Below are positions 12,231-23,795 of a DNA stretch of 64,000 nt, one piece after another; the stretch's first letter is position 1; each line of letters starts with the position of its first letter. Below the pieces are notes generated by a model that worked only from the letters and a program-made list of their open reading frames with translations, had not been told where the DNA came from and searched no databases. Position numbers and translations under genes: made by a program. Origin of the DNA: Camelus ferus (Eukaryota); contig NC_045697.1 in assembly GCF_009834535.1 (NCBI RefSeq), positions 83,330,001 through 83,394,000 of the forward strand, written 5' to 3'.

Positions 12231-12779
12231 ATGGGATGTTAGTACTCTTTTTTTTTTTAAACCTAAACGTACTGTGGAATGGGGGAATCAAAAGAATTAA
12301 ATTAGTAATGACTTGGTTGTTATTAGGAAAGTTCAGTAATTTCATGAAATAGACCTGCAGAAAAGCATTAAAAAGCAAATTCTATTTCCTTAGTGGGTCT
12401 CTCCTTATTAAACTGGTGAATGTATTTTCACAATAAAAGAAATGTTCCTCAGATCAAGGTTGAAGGGTAACAGTTAAAAGCTGACACATACATTTAGGAT
12501 GTCATAAAAGAATTTTCATATTTTGGCTTCTTTCTAACTCAACTCCCATTTTTCTTCTCTTCCCCAGACTTATTCTATGTGTCAATTATATTAGTCCACT
12601 ATAGTTCAACAGATATCATACTTCACTTAGCCTTTGAAGAAACTGTTTCCCCTGCCTGGAACATTCAGCTCACTCCACCCTCTCTCCATTTCCACATGGC
12701 TGATTCTTCCTTGGGCTTTCAAAATAAGTGTGGTATAAAATAATTCTAGTACCAATCAAAACTTCAGATCACTCAGTTA

Positions 12780-13030
12780 GGATCCTGCACCCAATTTCCA
12801 AAGGAGGAAGGGGGAAGTTCCCACACAAAGTAATTTTCTGACACCAGCTGGGTGTCCTAGAATTTAACTCATTTCTGACACTGCTTACCCAGAGATGGCA
12901 TCAGATGCACAGCTTAAGGGCTCCATCCTACAAGACTGTGCCTCCCTCCCCACCCCCCAACCCCACACTTTAGATACCAATCACAAACCCAGATTATCAC
13001 CTGTGCTTCTGACTGCCCAGCTATAGATCG
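12780..13030 (-). mobile_element. MER21-like LTR fragment
   Basis: gacaccagctgggtgtcctagaatttaactcatttctgacact...ttaagggctc...cacctgtgcttctgac; orientation from recalled consensus. Confidence 0.7.
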
Positions 13031-14223
13031 AGGAAAGAAAACAACCGTGGGATGTTAGAGTTTGAAAGTGGAGAAGTAAACACCATCAAATGCTACAGAA
13101 AGAAGACAAAAGAAATAGAAAGAAAATTGGGGAACACTACAGAAAGCCCAAAGTGGAGACACTTTGTATTTAGTAGTCTTAGTTTACTGTGACGGCCAAA
13201 GGCAAGAGGTGTTGGTAGCTTCTCTATCTTGGGACAGGAGGGCCAATTAAAAGAGTTTTAGAGAGGACACTTCAGGGGTAAGGATGAGGCAATTTGTCTT
13301 AAGAAGGATTTAAGAAATGGAAATAGAGGTTGATAACAACCAGTTGGATGCAAAGTAGATGCAAGCTGATAATAAAAGGGAAGTCTGGACAGGATTTCCA
13401 CATGTCCTCCTTTTCCCCTCCCTCCACACCACCTCCTGTACCCACCCCCGCCTCCCTACCCCTGATTTACCTTAGATGGTAGTTATTCTAATAGGCTCGA
13501 GCTTCAATCTGACAGCGTTCCTAGACACATTCATTATAAATGGGGACTTCTGTCCCAACAAAATTTTATTCATCATTACCATTCACTAAACTCAGATTCA
13601 TTCATTATAAAAAATAAAAATTAATAATAATAATAATCAAGTACAGTTTGCCACCACAGCTACACTGGTTATGCTGGGAAAACAGGAATATTTATGAAGA
13701 GCTAACTGAAAGGTAAATTTATGTAAAACACTTCACTTATTTATTCACCAGTCAAAAATATATACATGGTTACAAAAAATATTTTATAGATGAAATCAGA
13801 TCATTTTCTTTAAAGATGACAGCATTATATTCTCCCCGCAGGTGATAAAAAGTGGAAAAACCACAGTATAGAGGGAAATCCTGATAGGAAATGCTCCCTG
13901 AACAGGAAAATCACTTCCACTAGACAAAGTATAAAATCACTCTCTTTAATTATTAAATTTCATATTTTGTAGACAAGAATGTCTTATCTAGAAATGCAGC
14001 TACATAAAAATTGGAGGACCCCTATGTATGTTACAGAAAACTGCATTGACATATTTTTCCTTACTGAGAATTCTAACAATCAGAGCTTTCATGGCTAAAG
14101 ACTAGCACATTATTATTAAAATAATCATAGTATACTTTTTACCCCACTTTTGGAAAAAGCATAGGTCAGAGACTGTCATTCAGTTTCTAATAACCACCAC
14201 CACCTATGACTGAGACCAGTTAC

Positions 14224-14350
14224 CTCAAGGTGAAAATTGCCATATACCATCTCCAAGCTCTTGAGCTTTCTGGGCTCCCTTCATTTTCCGTAGAACGATT
14301 TGTTCTTCTTAAAATACAGGACAGCTTGGTATGACTTGGTCACCTGACAT
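14224..14350 (-). other. Candidate internal exon (non-coding)
   Basis: Acceptor cctatttcttaccatag|ATGTCAG, donor GAG|gtaact, 127 nt, stops in all three frames. Confidence 0.35.
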
Positions 14351-15967
14351 CTATGGTAAGAAATAGGAACATACAGTACATTTTACACTTAGTGTCAGTC
14401 AGAAAAGCTGACCATTACTACAAATTAACTGCCATCTTTGTAGTCAATGTCTTAATAGTGCACCAATGAATAAAAGACTAGGGGCTAAAAACTAAAAAAG
14501 AATATAATAATAATTTCTCAGAAATGATCAAACAAACATACTGCTAAGCAATCCAGATTCAAAACTGGTATTTTCAGATTATTTTAGATTTGTCTTATGC
14601 CCCTGAAATTCTCTCAATTTGCAAAGAAAGAAAGAATTCAGAAAATACCTTTTAAGACAACACAATCATCAAGTTTTTTAATGACACACTAGGTATTTTG
14701 AAAATTGACTGGTAGTCTAATTGCTTCATTATTCCCTAAAGCATATTTTCTGGTTATAGTACCATTCTTCTGAGATTTTTCTATTTATTTATTTTTTTTA
14801 ATAAGTTTTAACTTTGAGAAGTTTCAGGTTCGCAGCAAAACTGAGTGGAATTTTGTGAGACTGGCATGACCTGGATCTTCTCTTTCCAGCTGAGAGGTGT
14901 TTTAAAATTGTGCTTTCCTAAAAGGAAATGAAAAAAAAAAAAAAAAGACACTATTTTTCCTTTTTGTTTTTATCCCCAGGTTTAGATCTTGCTTGAAATG
15001 GTCAATTTTATTATTGTCAACACATTATATATAAGAGACAGTTTCTTGGAATCCAAGAAACCAGAGAACCTTAGAATTATCACAACGCTTCTCTCTACAT
15101 TTTATCTCGCAGCGCTCAGGCAGCAACACGTATAGAGCAATAACTCTCTCCCCTTAGAGAATCAGGCTGCTGTTGAAGAGTAGCAATGCCAAATCTTCAT
15201 GGAGTTTTACTGAAATAACTCGTATCATAGAGCCACTGGAAATCAAACTATGCTGACATCTCCCCATTTAAGGGTCATTAGAGAAAGGGGAGCCCGAGAG
15301 AAAAATGGAAAGAAAAAGAAATTTGAGGAAACCTACAGAGCTGGAGCATGGACATCAAGGACAAAAGGAGTCTGGGTGAAGGAAAGGAGGTTCAGTTGAG
15401 ACACTTAAATCAACTAAAATTAAACTTAAAGAGATTATTAGCTTTGTCATCGATAACTTTTGTGTGGAATAGTGAAGAAACAAATGAAAGTAAGGTGAAA
15501 AGGAAAGTGACTGTCAATGTGCAGAACTGAACTTGCTGTTCTCTGTTTCCTCTAAAGAAAAGTTTTAAATGAATCAATGCACAAAGAGAACTAGAGAGAA
15601 GAGAGCTGTAATTGAGAGGTGTCAACAAAATTTTGGACAACAGAAGGCAGATTGATGAGGGGTAACTGATGTAGCATAGAGAAAGCTGAAATGTAAGTGC
15701 CCGTCGAGGAGGATGACCAGATGAAGCAAGCTGTCTGGGCTGCAGAAACTCTCCTGAAAGGCTCAGATTTTGAGCCACAGAACCCACAGGGTGAGGAGGA
15801 TAAATGTGGGTATCCTCAGTTAGAAGTCTACATAGAAGTTAGGTTACCCAGCTCCCCTCTCTCATCCCACACAGACAACTATTGTCACTCCCCAACCAGG
15901 CAAGCGATGAATGATTTATTCCCCAGAAAAAATAAAGCAGAAAGTTCCAAGTCTCAGAAACACTGAA

Positions 15968-16712
15968 AAAGAAATACAAATTAAAGCCACCATGTGTTTT
16001 TTAATACATAGTAATAAGAATGAGTAAAAAGGATTGACGTTACCAAGTGTTGTTGAGGAAACTAAAACTCATACACGATGGGGGCACTTCATGTTACAAC
16101 TCTGAGAAACTTGATTGTTCCTATGAAGTTAAATGTATGTCATCTTACACTTCAGCAATTCTATTCCTAAATATTTACTCAAAAGAAACAAAAATATACA
16201 TCTACACAGACACTTGCATAAGAATATTTATAGCAGCTTTGTTCATAATAGCTCAACCTGGAAATAACCCAAATATACAATAACAATTCAATGGATAAGC
16301 AAATTATGATATAACAATATAATGGAATAGTAGTTTAAAAAAAAAGAAAGGAGTATACTAACTATACACACAACTGCATGGATGAATCTCAAAAATATTC
16401 TACCAAGAAAAGGATGGAAGACACAAAACAGTGGAATATATTATGTGATTCCATTTACATGAAAATCTTAAAAAGGCAAGATTAATCTAGAGACAGAAAG
16501 TAGATATTTGGTATTGCCTCTGGCAAAAACGGAGCTGAGGATTGACTGCAGATGGGCATGAGGGATATTTGTGGTGATGGAAATCTTGAATGTGGTGGTG
16601 ATTATACCATATACGCCCATAGGCATATATGTTTGTCACAAAAACTAAGCTGTGCTTAAAATGAGTGCATTTGATTGTACATGTATTATATTTCACTAAT
16701 GTGAATTTTTAA
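15968..16712 (+). mobile_element. L1ME/L1MB-like ORF2 C-terminus and 3' UTR
   Basis: ORF 16047-16283 contains IFIAALFIIAQ..NPN (ORF2 C-terminal); 3' UTR tagagacagaaagtaga...gattgactgcagatgggcatgaggg. Confidence 0.85.
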
Positions 16713-16934
16713 ATAGGTCAGATTAAGTTGCAATGTGCATTTACATATGTATTTGTTTTGTGACAATGGAGATGTAAATATATTTGAAGACTGAAGGAAA
16801 GATACTATCAGAAAACATGTTGGTATGAGCAGAAGGAGGGAAAACTGATGGAGCGTAGTCCTGGACTTGATGGGAAGGTTCAAAACTATAGATGGAGGAG
16901 TTAGCCCTGTCCTGATAATCTTTTTAGTCATCAT

Positions 16935-17095
16935 TCATTTTGTGCCAGAATCTGTTCTTGGTACCTTCATGTGTTACCTCAATTCATCATTATTATAATC
17001 TTATGATACAGGCATTATGATTCCCATATTACAGGTAATAAACCTGGATTCATAAAGATTAATAGCTTCCTCAAGGTAACACATCTACTATGTAG
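16935..17095 (-). mobile_element. MIR SINE
   Basis: ttcccatattacaggtaataaacctggattcataaagattaatagcttcctcaaggt is antisense MIR core. Confidence 0.6.
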
Positions 17096-17851
17096 GGTAA
17101 TTTCACTTACTCTAAGAATCACATTTAATATAAAACAAACGTGCTATTTGTTGCATTTCTTTCCTTCTGTACTCCCAGTAATGGTTCCTCACAATCTCAT
17201 CTCCAATCTGCTCTAAATTGTACTCTCCATATAAACAGGATCTGGATTTATAAGTCAAACAATCTAACTGTTATTGACAGAGTAAAAGTAGGACCATTTT
17301 CATGAGCAATTTTTGATACTAACAAAGTAGAAGTAATTAATGTGCACCCAGGTACTCAAATCCCAAACTTCAAGCAAAGATGTTTTGTTAATGAGTTTTA
17401 TTGGAAGGATAATATAAAAAAGGGAAAACATCTAATTAAGAGAAAAACAGAGATCTCGAACTTACAGTGACTGCAAAACTCAGGTCTAATATTACTCTAT
17501 TAACTTTGGGATGACAAGTTCTGTCCAATCCCAGTACAGATAGGTAAACAAAGGTGAATGTCTGGAGATACAGCTGACTATTATAATCATGTAATTATTA
17601 ATTTAGAACCAACACAGGAAAGAGAAATAGCCTATAGAGTAGGTTTGTCCTCAAGACTTAAAACACTTAGAACCATCTACAATAAACACTGGGTGTTTCT
17701 GTACCTTGTAATGAGTGCCTTGTAATAAGACTTTGTCACTAGATAATGGCCCACAATATTTTACTATGAACTTGGTGGATATTTAGACCTAGACTGCAGT
17801 TTGCCCAGAGTAAGGCAGAAACAATAATAGAGATACTCAACAAATTATATC

Positions 17852-18098
17852 GGGGAAAGGGAGTGGGAAGGGATAAATTTGGGAGTTTGAGATTTACAAA
17901 TGTTAGCCACTATATATAAAAATAGATTTTTAAAAAGTTACTGCTGTATAGCACAGAGGACTATGTTCAACATCTTGTAATAACCTTTAATGAAAAAGAA
18001 TATGAAAACGAATATATGTATGTACATGCATGACTGGGACATTGTGCTGTGCACCAGAAATTGACACATTGTAATTGACTGTATTTCAGTTAAAAATA
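17852..18098 (+). mobile_element. 5'-truncated camelid-type L1 3' end
   Basis: ggggaaagggagtgggaagggataaatttgggagtttgag...ctgtatagcacag...accagaaattgacacattgtaa; homologous to copies at 40.1, 58.9 and 61.2 kb. Confidence 0.88.
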
Positions 18099-18192
18099 TA
18101 TAATGTTGCTTTTTTATAGTAATACAGGGAGGAGGTTTTAAGAACAAATATAAACTTCTTTAAAAAAAATAAATAAGAGGCTTAATTACTTC

Positions 18193-18830
18193 TGTTGAAA
18201 ATAAGGGAAGATACACGCCCCTCTCCCCTTTACTTAGAGTATTTACTTAGGAAAATTGTCATTTCCTTCTCTGTCTTTTTGAAATGTATGCAAATCTCTT
18301 TAAAAGCTAAATAAGCCTCTTGGGAGCTTTAAGATCCTAGAATGAGTTTCTCAAAGGAATCATCTCTGGAATGTAAACATCAAGGGGGAGAGAGCCCCCG
18401 CCTCCCAGTTTCTGTGGCTGTAGGAGCCTAATTAAGTGGGCACCTTGCACCAAGCTTGTCATAAAGATATGAGACATTTATTTTTTCCTTAGCTAACACA
18501 GATGATCACCCCGATTACCAGGTGAATCTAGGATGAACTATGTGTGACAAATGGTGCTGTCAAGTCCTCCTACTTGAAAACTAGTTACTGCTTATCTTAT
18601 ACATATGCAATATATATAGGTATGCACTACATATGCAATAGTGTGTATCTGCTTGACTGCGAAAGGGTGAAGTCTTCCTGCCTCTAATCTCTTAGCAGAT
18701 TGCCTGTGATGCACATCGCAGTCTGGTTAAATGATTATTCAATAAAAAATTGCTTGCTTTCTCTTCTACCTTTGTGGAGAGTTTGTCTGGGTTGGGAAGA
18801 AATTTTGTTTTTAATTACAGTTCCTCGACA
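18193..18830 (+). mobile_element. ERV1 solo LTR (MER34-like)
   Basis: TG...CA ends; aataaa at ~18741; U5-like ctttctcttctacctttgtggagagtttgtctgggttggga; no TSD preserved. Confidence 0.8.
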
Positions 18831-19081
18831 GGGGGTCATGGTTAATTCTGTTTTCTGCATCTGGATACCAGTTTCACAATATTTATTTCAGATTTTCCTG
18901 AATTTCCAGTTAGCTAAAGCAAGCATTTCTATTTAAATTCACTCTCTTAGAGAGAGGGAGAAAAGATGGAACAGAAATCCAGGGGGACAAAAGCAAAATG
19001 TTTGACATTTCTGCTCCTTTGATAGCAACCAGATGATACTCAAGCTTGCGCCACACCTACCTGACATTCATCTGACATGCG

Positions 19082-19172
19082 TTTTTTTTTTTTTAATGGA
19101 GGTACTGGAGACTGAGCCGAAGGACCTCTTGCACGCTAAGCCTGAATTCTACCACTAAGCTATACCCTCCTC
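19082..19172 (-). mobile_element. Camelid tRNA-derived SINE (Vic-1-like, short form)
   Basis: Poly-T then aatggaggtactggagactgagcc...accactaagctataccctcc; TSD tctgac(a/g)tgc at 19071-19080 and 19173-19182. Confidence 0.88.
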
Positions 19173-20994
19173 TCTGACGTGCCTTTTAAAATATTCTCCC
19201 CCATCATGCTATTACTATTTACACCAAATATTTAACAACCATTTACATCCCCTTAATTTTTTCCTCAAGTGTCAATACAATGAAGGAACCTACACAATCC
19301 ATTTAAGAACAAAGCTACATAAAACATCCCTAGTAAGTTACCTGGCATCTAGAATCAACTGCTGCTTTGCCTCGAATTCATTTGGTGTGTAGATTGTATC
19401 TACTTTCTAGCTGAATTAGCAGCTTTTATAAGTGAATGAGCAGACAATAGGCTAGCAGGCTTTCCACACACATGTGCACACACAAAGCCAGCAAAACCCG
19501 AGTATTCTGTGCAATGAAGAGGCTTTTTAATAATTGAAAGCAACAAACTAAATTATCCACATTAATCTAATACAGTATTTGTTATTGGCTTGTCCATCCA
19601 TTTAAATATGCAAGAACTACACTTGCCCAATGCTCTGCTTCTGAGATCACTGGTGTATCAGCCCAGTTCAATTAAACAGTTGCTATCAGCTGCAACTTTA
19701 ATAAACAGATTTGGTTTCTTCAGTACACAGTGACCATTTATTGACATCACAAAAATTGTCAGGTAAACCACAGACATATGCAACTGGGATTAATAGTGAA
19801 TCTAAATCCTAGCTTTGAATTGGGCCCCAGGAAATGACTCTTGGCTTGGGATTTATATCAGTAGCCCCTCACAATAGGAAACAATAAATGTGCATAAAAC
19901 GTAATCACGCCTAAATATTAGGAGTTGTAATTCTACCTGCACAGGAAGAGCTTGCCTCACTGAGCTGAGGACACCAGTCTATCTGGCAACAGAAAATCAG
20001 TAACCTCGGGGGAAGTTAGAACCAACACAACTTGGTGCCTCCTCTGAAAGAGAGTCTGGGCTGGAACATGTGACAGCTCGGTGTCAGCTTTTTGTTTTAC
20101 TAAATTGCACATTATTCCTCTCCTTTCACAGGCCAAAGGAAATGAGATGTGGAGTTGTCAGACAACTGAGACTTAGCCATTCATTAAACAAGAAGTATTA
20201 CATCAAATCAGTGATTTTGCTCACCTGCAATGACCTCAGCCTGAGCCATCACCAAGGCGGGTACCATCTACCCCCGTCCTGTACTGCTTATCATGAGGCC
20301 AGGTGGCGTAACTATGACTATTGACTCCTGCACTCAGGAGTGTGCATGTGTGTATGCATGTGTGTAAGTGTTTTCATTCCCTATGTTTAAAAGTTCACTT
20401 CCAAACAAAATTCCCAAGAAAATCGTCCCATATCCCAGCAAGGGGAAAGTATCTATTGAAAAACACTAGAAAGCAGAAAATTGTCTCCGGCAGAGAAACA
20501 ATTCATTGAGCTTTTTGTTCATGATTCATTCACAATCATTTGGATTTCCAGGAATAAATGGGTGAATGCCATCCACCGAGAAAAAGCAATAAAAGGCATT
20601 GGCAAAGCTACCTGACATGTAATCCTTGAAATGGACAAGAATGAACAACAATTAAAATATACTTTGCAAAATTAAAATATTATTTACTAAATATTCCCAA
20701 TTATGATTGCTTCTAATATATCTCAGGAAATAATGATTGAATTTTTATTTATATTTAAACATGAACAATTTAGCTTACAAATGAATCTTGACTTTGGCAC
20801 ATAAAAAGCTAATGTTCTATTGAGACAGATAATCAAATTAACTTAGTGATTTTTCTCCCTTACTAATTTCTGTCATAGGAGTCATCCTTGACTCACCATT
20901 GGAATGAGTAAGACATAGGATTTCTAGTGACTTTTTCATATGTTCAAGAACTGCAGACCAAGAATCGAAGATCATTTTGGTCAACAAATTTGCT

Positions 20995-21230
20995 ATTTTT
21001 TAATAGACTTTATTTTTCAGAGTGGTTTTAGTTTACAGCAAGGTGAGAGATTTCACATAAACCTCTCCCCACATGAGCATAGCCTCCTCCGTTATCTACA
21101 TCCTACACCAGAGGGATACATTTGTTGCAACTGATGGACCTATTTTAACACATGTTATCACCCAGAGTCCACTGTTTTCATTGCCATTCATTCTTAGTGT
21201 TGTACATGCTATGCGTTTAGACAAATTTAA
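20995..21230 (-). mobile_element. L1MC/L1MD 3' UTR fragment
   Basis: ttttaatagactttatttttcagag...acatttgttgcaactgatggacc...atcacccagagtcca; antisense counterpart of the 3' UTR type at 3800-3965. Confidence 0.8.
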
Positions 21231-22680
21231 CTTTCATGATTTTTAAAGAGGGAAGGTGGGATCATAATGAAAATGTTACTGCCATGGCCTTTTCAGTGGC
21301 CTCCCTCTGATGCTTCCCTAACATAGCTCCATCAGCAATTCATTTGGGAGCCACAAAACCAGTATGCATAGAACTATGCGGGGGTCTCGCCTGGGAGACA
21401 AGAACACCAATGACTCTTTCCTCTGATGTGGAGGTGCGTGTGCATTCAGTGCACAGGTGAGGAATTATGTCTTATGAGATTTCTTCCATCCAATATTTAT
21501 GGCAAATATGTTATATGCAAAGATCCTCATGGTCATCTGTGAATGGGACACAGAGATAAAGCAAACAATCATTGTAATACAATGTGATAAGTGGTTTGAC
21601 AGGCAGAAGCATAGGGATAATAAAGCAGTTCTTTCTTGCCAGAATCCACAGGATTCCTATAGTCACTACCTTCTGCCCTAGACCCTGCTTCAGTCCAAAC
21701 AAGTGCTTGGAATGCACCAAACTTACTTCTCTTCGGTGCTACAATCTTACCATGACCTTAAGAATATGATTTCGTAAAAGGCTGTGTCCACATTTCTGCC
21801 CAAAAGTCACTGTCTGCATGTAAATGTAGGCACAACATACCCACCACACAAATACCGTCAGAAACCTAATTCCAAAGATGCCGTCTTGATGTTGCATGTT
21901 TACTTTCATTAAGACTTTCCATTTCAGTTTTTTTTCAACCTCTACTCAGGACTAATTCAAGCTGTGATAGCCTAGGTTCTTACATCAGCAACATCTGTCA
22001 CCAAAAATAAATATTCTGCAATCAAAACTTAACTGGCCTAGCAATTTTCTTGGTGATGCATGAGGCAGAACAGAATTCAGCTTCATTCTTCCTCTGCTAA
22101 ATTGGCTTTGCAGCACTGAAAATAGGAAAGATTTATGTGTTAGTAAATTAAGCAGAGGTGGCTCAGAGAAAACAAAAGATACAAATCCATGCAAGCCCAC
22201 AGTATTCTTTAATATTCAGTCTTGCTCCCGTCTAATGTAATATATTTTAACAAGTTGGAGAACATAGAGAAGAGACAATGCTTCTGGTTAAAATGAAATT
22301 TTAATTTCAGATGTAAACTCTTTTAACAGCTGAACAATGTGATTTGTAGTCTTATTAAATCAAGAAAAACCTGAATTCTCTTATTCAACATTGGTAAACA
22401 GTAGTAATTATAAAATCCCTAGCATATTTTCCATTCCTTAAATAAATTATGCTTACTGCTCCTGTTACAGCATTTCAGTTTACAAAACAATTTCATACAT
22501 ATTACTTCATTTAATCTTTAAAACAACACTTTTTAGACTAGTTCAAAAATTATCATTCTGATTAAACAAATGGAGAAACTCTAGCCTAGAAGTTAAATCC
22601 GATATAACAAACCTAAGAATTACACTGAGAGAGGCTGGAGAAAAATTAACTAATTTTTTCTTCTTATGCTTGACCCCATA

Positions 22681-22882
22681 CAGTCAATTCTCATTATTCA
22701 TGGTAATTATGTTTTATAAAAGTGCCACGAACATGGAATTTGTGAATACAGAACTTCTACTCTTAGGGGAAATACAGGATTAGGTTCCTGTGAGTCTCTA
22801 GCCACAACATTTTCATCAAGCAATCAATACACAATCTTGTTTCATATGTGTTTCTGTTTAAAAACACCTTACTTTATATATA
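22681..22882 (+). mobile_element. Tigger13a-like DNA transposon 5' fragment
   Basis: Starts TA|cagtcaattctcattattc and continues taggggaaatacaggattaggttcctgtgag. Confidence 0.75.
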
Positions 22883-23045
22883 TGTCTTCAATGCTTCTCT
22901 TGACATGTGCCTGTTTTATATTAAGGAAAACCTGCTGATAAAAGATGTGCAAATGGGTGTAGGGAAATGGAACTATTTGGATTTGGGTTTACCCAACTGC
23001 ACTCTGACTACAGTGTTAAAGAACATAGTCTAAAGGAAACGATTA

Positions 23046-23795
23046 TGTATTAGTCTCAGTTCTCCAAAGAAACAGAACCAATAGGAGAGTAAATATATAT
23101 ATATATATATTTGTTCTCATCAGGCCTTCAGTGGATTGGATTGAGACAGGAGGGGAGGCGGCAGGGCACAACCACTGAAGGAATGACACAGAAATTGAGG
23201 AGAGAACAAATTGGTTCTTACCAAGATAGTGGAAGATTCGACTTCTAGTAGACCTTGAGCCTCATGGCACACCCACAGGCATCATGACAGTTCCTGAGCT
23301 GACCCAAAAAAGGTAAGAAAGTGGGCAGGGGCCCAATTCTTGGAAACCCCGCCCCTTCCGCAATATAGTTGGAATAATCCTCCTACTCGTTAGCATATGA
23401 AATTACCAAGCCCATAAAAACTAACAACCCCCATGGTTGCTCTGTCTATGGAATGTGTATCTACTTCTACATTAAACTAAACATCCCCATACCTCACAGC
23501 CATACTCCCTCTGTGTGAGACAGACCACACCCTGTGTGTATCTCTCTAAATAAACTTGCCTTCACATTACTATACCTCGCACTTGAATTCTTTCCTGTGG
23601 AGACAAGAACTCATTCTCCAGCACCAGGATGAGGCCTAGCCCTATAGGGGAGGGCAATCTGCTTTCCTCAATCTACTGATTTACGTGTTAATCTCATTCT
23701 GAATCATCCTCACAGACATACCCAGAGTAATGTTTCATCAAGTATCTGGGCATCCTGTGGCCCAGTCAAGTTGACACATAAAATTAACCATTACA
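23046..23795 (-). mobile_element. MLT2 (ERVL) solo LTR, split by a nested ERV1 LTR
   Basis: Ends tgtattagtc...agaaacagaaccaatagg and ccagtcaagttgacacataaaattaaccattaca; perfect 5-bp TSD gatta at 23041-23045 and 23796-23800. Confidence 0.92.
23142..23626 (+). mobile_element. ERV1-type solo LTR nested in the MLT2
   Basis: TG...CA ends; 4-bp TSD ggat at 23138-23141 and 23627-23630; aataaa at ~23548; homologous to 51263-51912. Confidence 0.92.
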
